Shown: positions 50,262 to 61,939, counted from the first letter of the whole stretch. The stretch is DNA of 63,469 nt, filler included, from 15 parts of 15 records of this genome joined end to end with filler, not necessarily neighbours in it, one strand, 5' to 3'. Notes: generated by a model not told the origin, from the letters alone. Program-made: numbers and translations.

Positions 50262-52580
50262 ATGGCAGGGGAGCAGTCGAGTGGTATATCGGGATCTGGA
50301 TCGTCATCCAGTGGCCTAATAAGGAAAAACTCTGTGGCCGCGTCTCAGCCTAAAGGCTTTGAAGTTGTTTCATGTCACACTCGATTTGTAACAATAGACA
50401 GTGTGACAGGGGACGGAATATATGAGGACTGTGATGCGATATTCCACACGACCAGTGAGCGGGTGCCTATATGGGTGGACGTTTGTAAACAATACTATAA
50501 CGAAAGCTATGAAATGCAAAAGAATGTAAAGTGTGAGTGGTCTGTGATCAGAAGTGGCGAGCAGTTGAAAGTGATACAGCAAGATGGTGGCGCCAAGATA
50601 GTGACTATCTCCATCTATAATACCGGAACTGTGCTTGTTCAGGGGTCAAAGTTCAGCCAGTGGATCGCAACCGATTTTGGCGTACTACGGGACATCGTGT
50701 GTAAAAAAGGCGGCAATCTTAGTGTGCACAATTCTCTATCGTGTGATAATGGGGCGCCCATTGGTGGGGATACGGTAACAGTCTCTGTACAAGGAACCAC
50801 ATCTGGAGAGGATAGCACAGTGGTTAGTGATCTGCCAGGTAATCATCAAGTGGTTTCACGTCAGGCTGATTACACTGGTCAGTCGGGACAAAGCGCAATT
50901 TTAGCAGGGCACAAACAATTAGTGTCAGATGCGCAGCAGGAGCCTAACGCACCTGGGCAAATACCAGAAACCTTGACAAAAACATTAGCCACGCCAGTGA
51001 GAACTCTTGACGGTAAAAAGAGCAAACGCCGTGTTTATAGTACGAGACAGAACAATGCCGACACTCCAGCTGCGAGAATAACACCAAACAGGAAATCCAC
51101 GGCTAAGTGTCAAAATAAGACATCCGATCAAAACATGGAAAATGTGGCAGATGCGATAAACATGCTCGATAGTAATATAGCTGAAGGATTAAATAGCCTG
51201 TGCGACATGAAGCAGTTTATTGAGAGCAAAATTGGCGAAGTATTGGACAGAGTGGCGGCATGTGAAAAGAAAATGGCGGAAGGCATTGTGGAGTGTAAGG
51301 AAGAGTCATGTAGTAAGGCCAACAAAATGTTGAATGAGATAAACTCTGTGAAGGGCGCTCTGCATCGTTCGAGCACATCTCTCCAAGAGGAAATCAGTCG
51401 GCAAAATGAACTTTTGGCTACAAAAGACACAGAGATAGAGAGTCTAACAAAGCAGGTGCAGCAACTTGTGTCTACCACATCATCACAACAACAGGGAAGC
51501 GAGTTGGGCGATACCGGTACGTCTACAGCACCTGAAGCATCAGGAATCGAGTCTCAGACAACAGAGGACCATCAGGAACCCGGGAGCAGCCAAGAAGCGG
51601 ATGCGGGGGGAAACGAACCCTCGTTCACGACAGTTGGCAGGAACTGCCAAGTTTTAATTGCCGGCACTTCACTAGTGCAGCAAGTGGAAAGTAAACGTGT
51701 GCTGCCTAGTTCGGACACAAGGAAGGTATTTGTGAAGACACTTCGCGGGAAACGAATTCCAGATGCAATTGACTTTGTGGCGAACTCGCACTTCGTAGGT
51801 CTGCAGCAAGTAATACTGCAGTGGGGCAGCAATGACATAGATTTTACACACGAAGGCCACGTGAACGTCGAAACCGCCATTGAGAGGTACGATGCCTTGC
51901 TGGATACCGTGCAGGGAAAGTACCCGTATGCGGAGATAATCGTTTCCAGTGTGCTACCACGTGCTAGCGAACGTTTTAACGCCGTGAAAGCTGCCTTTAA
52001 TGAAAAGCTTGCTATCCTCTGTGGCAAGCATAATGTTAAGTTTCTGGATAATGACAGCATATTTCATACTCGCGACGGGCACCAAGCCGACAAGCTGTTT
52101 GGATTCCATGATAGGACGCATCTCAACAACTGGGGCACGGGCGCTCTGGTTAAATCATACAGGACCTGTTTGCACCCCCCTGGAACTGCTGCTGCAACAG
52201 CTCGACAGCCTACTGAGTCAGAGTCGCAGGGTAGGAGGGAGCCTCATAGCGGAAGCCATGACTACGAGCATCAGAGGTGGGACTCTAGACAACAACCGGT
52301 ATCAAGTTGGCCGCGAGACAGGGACAATAGGGCACGTGACATTGACGATAGGGACACTTATGCGACTGGCCACAGGCGGCCAAGACAATATAGGCCGTAC
52401 AGAAGCCAACGGGAGAGCTATAACTCTAATTATGTAAATCGTGAACAATCCTATAACGATAGTCACAATAGAAATAATGTTAATGATGTACAATCATTTC
52501 ACAGTAGCGACAATAGTAATACAGAGCTCAGCCGTCAACTTTCAAATCTTATCACTGAGCTACTTACCTCTAGGAATTAG
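50262..52580 (+). CDS. LINE ORF1p with coiled coil and SGNH/GDSL esterase domain (RTEX-like)
   Basis: IAGTSLV, LRGKRI, WGSNDI, DRTHLN (SGNH blocks I, II, III, V); followed by an APE ORF2 start. Confidence 0.85.
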   Translation: MAGEQSSGISGSGSSSSGLIRKNSVAASQPKGFEVVSCHTRFVTIDSVTGDGIYEDCDAIFHTTSERVPIWVDVCKQYYNESYEMQKNVKCEWSVIRSGEQLKVIQQDGGAKIVTISIYNTGTVLVQGSKFSQWIATDFGVLRDIVCKKGGNLSVHNSLSCDNGAPIGGDTVTVSVQGTTSGEDSTVVSDLPGNHQVVSRQADYTGQSGQSAILAGHKQLVSDAQQEPNAPGQIPETLTKTLATPVRTLDGKKSKRRVYSTRQNNADTPAARITPNRKSTAKCQNKTSDQNMENVADAINMLDSNIAEGLNSLCDMKQFIESKIGEVLDRVAACEKKMAEGIVECKEESCSKANKMLNEINSVKGALHRSSTSLQEEISRQNELLATKDTEIESLTKQVQQLVSTTSSQQQGSELGDTGTSTAPEASGIESQTTEDHQEPGSSQEADAGGNEPSFTTVGRNCQVLIAGTSLVQQVESKRVLPSSDTRKVFVKTLRGKRIPDAIDFVANSHFVGLQQVILQWGSNDIDFTHEGHVNVETAIERYDALLDTVQGKYPYAEIIVSSVLPRASERFNAVKAAFNEKLAILCGKHNVKFLDNDSIFHTRDGHQADKLFGFHDRTHLNNWGTGALVKSYRTCLHPPGTAAATARQPTESESQGRREPHSGSHDYEHQRWDSRQQPVSSWPRDRDNRARDIDDRDTYATGHRRPRQYRPYRSQRESYNSNYVNREQSYNDSHNRNNVNDVQSFHSSDNSNTELSRQLSNLITELLTSRN

Positions 52581-53105
52581 TGCCGCGGAGTATAATGAGA
52601 GATGGCTGTTTTTCACGTGGTCTTTGTTGTTCTTGGTGGTGGCAGCATTGCTTTTATATAAACCTAATATTTTATTAGGACATGAAATGCAGTGCTGCTA
52701 CGGCTTGGAAGAGCGAACATCGCGGGAAAAATAATTGTCTTAGGTAGTTGAGGTTTGGATGGACCAACTTGCGGTCCGTCCAAACTTCAACTATTTTCTT
52801 CAAATGTTTTGTTTAATATTTCTAGTATTGTACCATAGGGAACCGTATATAGTCTATCATTGCTGTAAAAGAAGTACAGCTCGGTTATATGTTGTAAGCA
52901 ATTTTGTCACTTATAGGTTTAAATTTTATCTTGAGCTTCGAAGCGAATATCTGCAATGCATGTATCACACTTTATTGAATCCGGTAAACTAGCATTTAAA
53001 TACCAGGTTCTGGTTATCCAGTGACTGGTGCGAGAATATTCTCTATTGTAACTAGTACTATAAATTATTTTAGGGAATAGTTGAAATATTTTTTATACTC
53101 CAAAA

Positions 53106-53260
53106 TGTACTTGAACAGTCTAAGTATAGCCTCCTGGAATGTATATGGGTTGGGGGTGGATCTGGAGGGTAGGCCTAGTAAACTGAGAGACCCCGAATTT
53201 ATTGAAAATGTTACGAAGTTTGACATCATCGCATTATCAGAAACTTGGACCAGCGGTAAG
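53106..53260 (+). CDS. Start of LINE ORF2p (APE endonuclease), 3' partial
   Basis: IASWNVYGLG...SKLRDPEF...DIIALSETW; paralogous to the 59028 ORF2. Confidence 0.85.
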
Positions 53261-53777
53261 NNNNNNNNNNNNNNNNNNNNNNNNNNNNNNNNNNNNNNNN
53301 NNNNTTAATTAATTAANNNNNNNNNNNNNNNNNNNNNNNNNNNNNNNNNNNNNNNNNNNNAATTATATTCATTAACATTTTAGCGTAACTGAGTTCTTTA
53401 GACTGATTAAGCATTGACTAGCCTGTTAAATATAGTACTGTCCAGAACAGTTACCTTACTTTGGCAAAGCATTGCATATTGGTATGTCTGACGCTGTTCA
53501 TAAAATGGCAAAAAGTCATGTCAGCAAGGTTACCTTTCTTTGGCTTAGTAGAACACCTAATTCTAACTCTCTCTTTATACCTTTATTTCAACATGGCAGC
53601 CGTGTATCACAGTAAAATTTAACTTTGCAGATACTGCATTTTGGCACTTTTCACTATGTATATGTTTTTTCACTGTGTATATAACTTTTGATGGTAAAAC
53701 CACGGCAGAGAACCATATCAGCAAAAAAAGTTAATCAAAACATTGCAATCGCTAAGTATGTATAAAATAGCTATTGC

Positions 53778-55647
53778 CTAATTATATAAAGGCACCCGAG
53801 TAGCCTCATCCTCGACATCGTCTGAGGATTTCAAATTCTCCCAAAATGTACGCCGAGTTGCTGGCATCAGTGGTAGAAGAACTCTTTTGATATCGCTTAA
53901 CTTTACCGCACATATGCTACGAGGTTCAGAATACTCCCGTGGAAGGGACCGCGGTAACTTCAAAGCTTTCTTCTGCAGAAAGTCACATTCAACTTCATCA
54001 TCCTGCAGGAAGCTGGTTTTGTAGTGCATTTTATTACTTCCTTTTTTGAAGCTTACTTGTTTTACATCTGCAAGAGTAGGCTTGCCTGATGCCTTGACTT
54101 GATATTTCCACTCTCTAAAGTTACCCGGTTGCATATCTAGAACTGTAACTTTCTTTGAAGCTTTCTTCAAGACATCAACAAAGTCGTCAAAGTCGTATAC
54201 GTTTTCTTGTTTGCGGAGCTTATGCTCGACTGCAGCGTGGAACGAGTCTGCTGACATATAGGTATGTCCACTTTCAAGGTATTTCATGGTAAGTGTTTCG
54301 GGACCTCCACTGATGTTAACAATTTTCACGAAGCCTCCAAATAGTGTCCAGTTTTTATTTTGGGCGGAGCAATTGTCTGCCCACAACTGTATGTGTTTGT
54401 ATTGTCTAGCAAGACACGTAACGGCACGTTCATACGCACTTGTCAAATGTTTCGCATCACGTCCTGCGATACCCTCATGCCATGCTACGGCTAATATGTT
54501 GTTTTTATCGCTGCAGCCACCGGTAGGTGCGAACGTTTCATGAAAAATTGTTAATCGTCGTGTGAAAACACAGGCTTTGGACGCGGGTATCCGAGGTAGC
54601 ATGATTACCTTCTGCATGTCCACGCTATAGACAACAGTATCATCTGGCACCTCTTCGCTATTTTGATACTCTTTTCGCGCAATGCGATAATCTTCATTGT
54701 GCGCACGCCATAATTTACACTGCTCACAAGCTTGACGATCATTGTTATCATGTTCATGCAGTTCACATTCTTTACATAAGTCACACTCTTCATTACCCAA
54801 TTTAGCTAATGATATATTCATTTCCTTTAATGTACGGTCATATGAGGACTGAGATACCTTTCCCTTAAGATCTGGGTGCTCAGTTAAGAAAGTGTTACAC
54901 ATATTACTCTGTGTTAGATCAGACGGCAGGTAAAAGCGCTGCGGCGCATGTTCGCGTCTGTAGTGACTTACTACCGGATGATAGCTGAGGATATGCTCTT
55001 TAATCGTAGCCTTTGTGTCATGTCCCATAGCGTGTTTTGGTTTGCGCTTTCCACGCTTATCTAGGGGCGGAGAGAAGTCCACGTGATGCTTTCATCGTCT
55101 TGGTCACCACAGTGTCTGTTTTATACCCGAGTGTGTTAAGAAAAGTTTTTTTACAGACTCCAACACGATCTCCATTTATATCCAGGAAGTATTTTCTTGT
55201 ATTCTGTTTCTTTTGTTCACGACCATCCTGTTTTCGTTTTTTCACACCTTTCTGCTCGATGTGTGCATGTATCCAAGATCTGCGTCTATTATAATCAAGT
55301 TCCCAAAATAGTTCATGTATGCGTTGTCTCTGATCTAATGAAATATTTGCTTTCCGGCAAAAGCGGCACTGGCAATCAGTTTGTATAAACTCATGCTTTT
55401 CTTTTTGACTCTCTAATCTATCTTCAAATGAAGGACGTTTTCGTTTTCGTGGCGATCGTTGTACCCATTCTAATACGCTCGGCTTTTGAGCAGTGTTGGT
55501 ACGAATAACCGCGTTGCGATTGCTTGGTCCAGCCAGTCTAAATGGTGATGTTTCATTATGATTGGGCGCTATTGATGGCACCTCTACCGAACGCTGATCC
55601 ACGTTGGACTTCTCAGGACTTTCTGGAAATTCTTCAATACCGCTTAC
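53778..55647 (-). pseudogene. Sola-like DDD transposase split by one frameshift near 55060-55082; 5' partial
   Basis: VCKKTFLNTLG upstream; DKRGK, SHYRR, CDLC, VDMQK, WADNCSAQNKN, GHTYMSADSFH downstream; the two ORFs overlap in different frames. Confidence 0.78.
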
Positions 55648-55934
55648 NNNNNNNNNNNNNNNNNNNNNNNNNNNNNNNNNNNNNNNNNNNNTTAATTAAT
55701 TAANNNNNNNNNNNNNNNNNNNNNNNNNNNNNNNNNNNNNNNNNNNNAGTGGTCAGTGGTCGAAGACGGTCGCACGCTGCGCCCGCTGCTATTTTTACCA
55801 GTGTGATTTACCTGTGTAACCAAATGTGAAATGTGAAATCTAATAGAATTTGACCGATTGACGATGTATCGCCTATAATTATTGTTAATAAGTGTTCAAG
55901 TGTTTGCCAACCGTAAGCCTATTCATCGAATACA

Positions 55935-58271
55935 ATGGCTAAACCACAGGACGAAACCAGTGATATTCCAGGCAATAAGGGTCTGTTGTCTGGATTGCTC
56001 CAGAAATTATCGCCAAAACGGAAGCGACAAGAAAATAATACCGATATAGACTCTGTGACGGACGTTATGGTTTATAATGCAGAGACCGAATCTGTACTTG
56101 GAAGTCGGCAACACAATCCAAGTGACAGCGTGCCCAAAAAGTTCGAGACGCCGTATACAAACTATCGATTCCAGGAGCTGGATGCTGATACTAACACTGG
56201 GGCATGGAAAGAATGTAACGCATCGTTTTTTACGTCACCAGACAGGGTAACGGCCTGGATCCAGGCATGCAAGACGTACTATAATGAAAGCTACGAACTA
56301 CAAAACAGTGTAAAGTGCGAATGGGAGAGTGTTAAGAGTGGACAGCAGCTAAAACTTTTACGTGGCAACAGTAAAGTCGTGACTGTTACATTCTACAAAA
56401 GTGGGAAGGCCCTTATACAGGGGCCAAACTTTAGTCAGTGGGCGACAACGGACTTTACAGTACTCAAAGGTGTGGTGGTTGCGTCAAAAGCCACACCTGT
56501 GCAAACATCTGGAGCTGCTCTGGACTTGGAGGATGAAAGGGTTGTACCAGAAATAGACGCCGCCTTGCCCATCGGCCCATTGTCTCCCGGTCAGCAGACT
56601 AGTGCTAAATCCGTGTGCACACCGAATCACTCTAAGCGACAGTCGCGCCGTACAACAGGGAGCACCAAAAAAACACCGCCGCCTCGTAAAACTAATCAGG
56701 ATATTAGTGCACTAAGTAATGGGGTCGAAAATATATGTGACTCAATCAATAACTTGGACAGTAATTTTGTGAAGTGCACCGAGCACTTTAAAAGCTTGGA
56801 AGAAAGGATTGATGCAAGGTTACAGGAGTTCTCACAAACTCTCTCCTCAATTGCTGCTAAAACTGAAAGTGAAAACACCTCGCTGAAAAATGAACTTGTA
56901 AAAACAAAGAACCAAACTGCTAACGAGCTGCATCAAATGAAGGCAGTTGTGAACAACGCTGTAGACAGTGTTGTGCAGAATACCAACACATGGCCCGGGG
57001 ACAAGGAACTTGAATGTGTTACACTACAACTGGAGGCGGAGAAAACTAAGTGCAGACAGAAGGATGAAGAAATACGGCGGTTAAACGATATTATCGGCAG
57101 CCATACGGATGAAAACAAAATGTTACATGAACGTTTAACCGTATTATCCCAGGCATCACAGCATACCCTGAGAGATGCTGATAGCGCACAGGCATCACAA
57201 CCTCCTGTGGAAGATGATGTTAGTGAACAGGATAGCGGACAGGTCGATGCAAACAATGGATGGCAACAGGTTAGGAGCGCCCACAAACCACGCAGCTGTG
57301 ATGTGTATATTGTCGGCACATCAATTGTGTCTGGTATTGAAAGTAACAGAGTGCTTCCGGCAAACGACGGCCGGAAAACGTTCGTAAAAACACTGCGTGG
57401 CAAGAACATCCCGGATGTGGAGGAATTTGTGAAGGCGAACAAATGTGAAGGTGTAAAACATGTCATTCTCCAAGCTGGCGGGAATGACATTGATTTGAGG
57501 GAAGGAGCTGTGGATCCGACAACAGCCGCGGAGAGGTATGCCAAGCTACTAGACACAACGATCGCTCACTACCCGGAAGCAAAAGTGTACGTCGGTGGTG
57601 TTTTGCCAAGGGGTAGTGAGACATTCAATGTTCTGAAAAACGAGCTGAACGAAAAGCTCGCAGCCTTAAGCCAATCAAAGGCGTGTGTATATATCGAAAC
57701 CGACCGTGACTTCGCACGTGGCAATACACAAGTGCCCGAAATGTTTCAGCGGAATAACACCACTCATTTGAACAAAGTTGGTGTTAGTGTGTTAGTGAAG
57801 CGATACAGGGTTGCGCTGAATGCAGTTAACCCCACACCACGTGATCGGGCCAGCTACTCACACGTGCTTGCTCATGGTACTGGTAGGCATACTCAGCGTA
57901 CGTCAGCTAATTATACCAGGCTGAGCCGTCGCCACCAGCCTCAACAAGAATCGAATAACGATGTGCGTCCATACGGTACCGGTAGGGAAAATCCACGTAT
58001 GGATACGTCGGCTAGGTATCCCATTCCACCTATAGATCTGGCGGTCAGCTATCCCAACCAACGCATGGATACACAGGTTAGCTACCAAAACCCACGTACA
58101 GACGCGTCGGCTAGCCATGCCTGGTTGAACAGACAACCACCTCAACCCGAATGGGATGCTACCTGGCCAAATCACGAGCACCGCATGGATTATAAAGTGC
58201 CACAAATGCAGCCCACAGAGTGGCGCGTACAACGTCTGGCTAGATTAATCTCTAGTGAACTGTTAAATTAA
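55935..58271 (+). CDS. LINE ORF1p with coiled coil and SGNH esterase-like domain; paralogue of the 50262 ORF
   Basis: IVGTSIV, FVKTLRGKNIPD, AGGNDID, VLPR, NTTHLN; shares YYNESYE..Q..VKCEW with 50262. Confidence 0.85.
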   Translation: MAKPQDETSDIPGNKGLLSGLLQKLSPKRKRQENNTDIDSVTDVMVYNAETESVLGSRQHNPSDSVPKKFETPYTNYRFQELDADTNTGAWKECNASFFTSPDRVTAWIQACKTYYNESYELQNSVKCEWESVKSGQQLKLLRGNSKVVTVTFYKSGKALIQGPNFSQWATTDFTVLKGVVVASKATPVQTSGAALDLEDERVVPEIDAALPIGPLSPGQQTSAKSVCTPNHSKRQSRRTTGSTKKTPPPRKTNQDISALSNGVENICDSINNLDSNFVKCTEHFKSLEERIDARLQEFSQTLSSIAAKTESENTSLKNELVKTKNQTANELHQMKAVVNNAVDSVVQNTNTWPGDKELECVTLQLEAEKTKCRQKDEEIRRLNDIIGSHTDENKMLHERLTVLSQASQHTLRDADSAQASQPPVEDDVSEQDSGQVDANNGWQQVRSAHKPRSCDVYIVGTSIVSGIESNRVLPANDGRKTFVKTLRGKNIPDVEEFVKANKCEGVKHVILQAGGNDIDLREGAVDPTTAAERYAKLLDTTIAHYPEAKVYVGGVLPRGSETFNVLKNELNEKLAALSQSKACVYIETDRDFARGNTQVPEMFQRNNTTHLNKVGVSVLVKRYRVALNAVNPTPRDRASYSHVLAHGTGRHTQRTSANYTRLSRRHQPQQESNNDVRPYGTGRENPRMDTSARYPIPPIDLAVSYPNQRMDTQVSYQNPRTDASASHAWLNRQPPQPEWDATWPNHEHRMDYKVPQMQPTEWRVQRLARLISSELLN

Positions 58272-59027
58272 CTTGCACTATTATAGTGAACTTATCTGAG
58301 TGCAGGAACGTTATAGACTCTGAATGGTGCTACCAATAATAATTATTACGACTAAATTACTCAATATATTGTGCAGCAGTGAATGGACATGGTAAAAAAA
58401 AAAGTTTCTTTGCATTTGTGTACATCGTTCAATTTCGGTCAATTTCACAATGAACATTACTTATATCAGGTTACATTTTATAGTATTTGGCCTTCTGCCA
58501 AAGCGTGTATTTACCTTTGCATTTAGTTTATTCGTATATCACTTTGTATTTTGTATATCCGTATACAGCCGTTTAGTAGGCGTAGGTCCTATATCTATAT
58601 GGTATAGTTTTAAAGTTCACGTTAGTAGTCTATTGTCATAAATTTATGTACATTTCCAGTATATTCTAGCCGCATTTAGTGTTGAAGTGAAGCTTGTTTC
58701 TAGCTTTGTAGTTTTGCATTTCGCATATTCTAGTGTTTTTCACTGTATTTTTGGTAATTTTTGTATACCAGTATAGTAGTTTATAGTAGGCCCAGGGCCT
58801 ATTTTATGGTATAGTTTTACAGTTTACTCTGTAGTTGTGTAACATTATATGCAAGTTTATAGTATATCTGCCCGTTTTTTTCATAGATTCCAAATTATAT
58901 TACAAACTCTATTTCCTTAGTAGCATAGGCCTGATTAACAGTAGGCAAAGCTTACAAGTTTCCATATTGGTGACATTTTTTGCTACTAATCTATTTTCTG
59001 TATCTGACATTGCGTACAATATTACTA

Positions 59028-61166
59028 ATGCCAGTCATTAAGTATCTCAACATTGCAAGTTGGAATGTCTGGGGGCTCGGAAAAAATCTCGAGGGGCGGC
59101 CATCCAAACTGAGTGATCCTAGTTTTCTGGAAGAAATTTATAACTATGACATAGCCATATTGTGCGAAACTTGGACCAACTCAAGTAGTACAATTAGTTT
59201 AAAGGGCTACTCTCACTTTCACGCCTTTCGCAAAAAGCATAAACAGGCTAGCAGAAATTCCGGCGGTATAGTTGTATATTTCAAAAGTAAGCTAAAATAT
59301 GGCATCACACTAGTAAAGAAAACATCTGCAGATGTTATGTGGATAAAGCTAGACAAAGCCTTCTTTAATTTAGACAAAAACATCTATCTTGCTGCAACTT
59401 ACAGGTCGAACAAAAGTAATGGTAATTTTTACGAGACACTAGGTATGGACATCCAGCGCTATAGTGAAAGTAGCCATGTTATGGTATGTGGTGATCTTAA
59501 CGCGCGCATTGGTAAAAACCAAGATTTTATTGAAAACGATTTTTCTAATCACGTCCCCCACGCTGTTACAGGACTAAGTAATATTGATATCCCACGCAAG
59601 GCCTCACGAGATTTTACATGTAATCCCCAGGGCGAAGAATTATTAAATTTATCTATGTCAAATAACCTATTTATATTGAATGGTCGGAAAATGGGGGATG
59701 TACTAGGAAATTTCACATGCATTAAGCCCAATGGCTGCTCTGTTGTCGACTATGTACTTGTAAGTGCTCAGCTATTCCCCAAAGTTAACTCGTTTCACGT
59801 TATGGACTTCACTCCTCACTCGGATCATTGTCCTCTAAAAATTAATTTGACATGCAATTACAACAATGCCAAAAATTCTAGCGCCAAACTACACAAATTA
59901 AAACCTAAATTAACATGGACTAGCGAGTCAACTAGTATGTATATGGATGCACTAAGAGATACCGTTTTTCAGGACAGTATTCATAACTTTCTGCAAAGGG
60001 ACTTTAACAACAATGAACCTGGTGTCAATGAGGCAGTCAGCGAATTATCAAATATTTTAAACAGTGCTACTCTTAAAGCTGTAAATGTAAAACGCCCTCC
60101 CGCAAAGCAAAACATGAAACGTCACACAAACCCTTGGTATTCAAAAAGCTGCAAGGAATCACTCAAAAATCTTAAGTTCACAGCAAAATTACTATCAAAA
60201 TATTCAACAGACCCATATCTACGAGGTCAATATTTTGTACAGAGAAAAAATCACAATAAACTAGTAAAACATTCAAAATCTATTTATAAATCTTCCATTG
60301 TTAACCAAATCTTGGAAACCCAATCAACCGACAGCAAAAAGTATTGGAACCTGGTCAAAAAACTGGGTAATTCTAAAACAGAAAACTTAGCAGACAGCAT
60401 CCCCGCTGATGAGTGGGTTGACTATTTTACAAAACTCGACAAAAACTTCGACACGACAAATGATAGTTTTCACTTAAATATTATTAATGAATTAGCAAAA
60501 TTAGAGCAGATGCTCAAAGATAATAACTGTCTTGATGCCACCATTACAACCACTGAACTTTCAAAAGCAATAAATAAGCTCAAAAATGGTAAATCAAGTG
60601 GCCCAGATATGCTAGTGAATGAAAGCATTAAATACGGCAAATCGGAACTGATGGCGCCACTACAAAAACTATTTAACTTAATTCTAAAATCCGGCAATTT
60701 CCCAGTACAATGGGCAACAGGCCTTATGGTGCCTATATTCAAATCAGATAATTCAAATAATCCAGAAAATTACAGAGGCATAACTCTCACAAGTATTCTT
60801 GGTAAACTCTTTTTATCTATAATGTGCACTCGCTTATACAATTTTATTGAAGACAAACTAACGCCGCTCCAAGCGGGATTTAAGCCCAAGCATCGAACTA
60901 TGGACAACGTTTTTATTCTAAAAACAATTCTAGACAAATATCTCAAGTCCGAGAAAAAGAAAATATACGCGTGTTTTGTCGATTTTAAAAAGGCTTTTGA
61001 CAGCATATGGCGAGAAGGCCTGTTTTATAAACTTTTGTCTTTAAATATTGGCGGAAATTTTTATAAAATAATAAAATCAATGTTTAAACATACTGCAACT
61101 TGTATAAAACTCAGCGGCGGCTACACAGATAATATTATTCAAAGCTTTGGAATCAGACAGGGCTGC
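59028..61166 (+). CDS. LINE ORF2p (APE plus RT), 3' partial
   Basis: SWNVWGL, LCETW, SGG, GDLNAR, VDY, SDH; GPD, NYRGITL, QAGF, FVDFKKAFD, GIRQGC. Confidence 0.95.
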
Positions 61167-61266
61167 NNNNNNNNNNNNNNNNNNNNNNNNNNNNNNNNNN
61201 NNNNNNNNNNTTAATTAATTAANNNNNNNNNNNNNNNNNNNNNNNNNNNNNNNNNNNNNNNNNNNN

Positions 61267-61877
61267 TTATCATTCACAGTGTCGAGAAATGTCCGACTAA
61301 GGGGAGATTTAGCTTCAAGTGTCTTCCAATTAATGTCACGAAAATTGAAATCGCCCATAAGCACTGTATTTTGATTGTTGATATGGTTAATAGAAGCACA
61401 CAGTTTTTGCAAGCCATACTCCTTGCCTCTTTCAGCTCGATATGCTATACCTATACGTGTTGTAAGTTTATCGGTTGGATGCACGTCAACCCAAACTATT
61501 TCGCAATCTTTTTCATATGGAACAAATTCAACAGGGTTTAAGTCTTCTTTAATAACCAAAGCTACTCCACCTCGAGCTTCTTCAGTAAAAGTACCAGGTT
61601 CATAAAAATGAAGCTGTCTATCGGTTCGGAAACATTTATATCCATTTGGTGTGAATTCTTGGTCACCAACAGAAGAGTCAAGCCAGGTTTCGCTTATCCC
61701 ATAAACATCATAATTGGTCGACGAAACAAAATCCTTAAAGTCCGCGAATTTAGTAGTAATGCCCTGAGCATTAAAGTGCGTAAGTCTTAAAGGTGAGTAT
61801 TCTACATTCTTCTTTATAATTGTTGAGCGCTTGTGGTTATTTTCAGAAGCATAATTAACATATTGTTTTTCTTTCAT
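61267..61877 (-). CDS. CR1-like LINE ORF2p N-terminus (APE endonuclease), 3' partial
   Basis: FNAQG, ISETWL, RTDR, RGGVAL, YR, MGDFNF. Confidence 0.9.
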
Positions 61878-61939
61878 ATTTAGTTCATCTTCAACATATT
61901 TTACATTATTTACAATTTCTTTTCCATGCTGCTTGTCAC

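Larger units (their letters stand above)
55748..61166 (+). mobile_element. RTEX-like non-LTR retrotransposon (ORF1 plus ORF2), 3' truncated by the contig end
   Basis: Esterase ORF1 and APE-RT ORF2; clade call rests on GDLNAR...ILNGR..GD..G.FT...SVVDY-style motifs and the ORF1 type. Confidence 0.75.
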
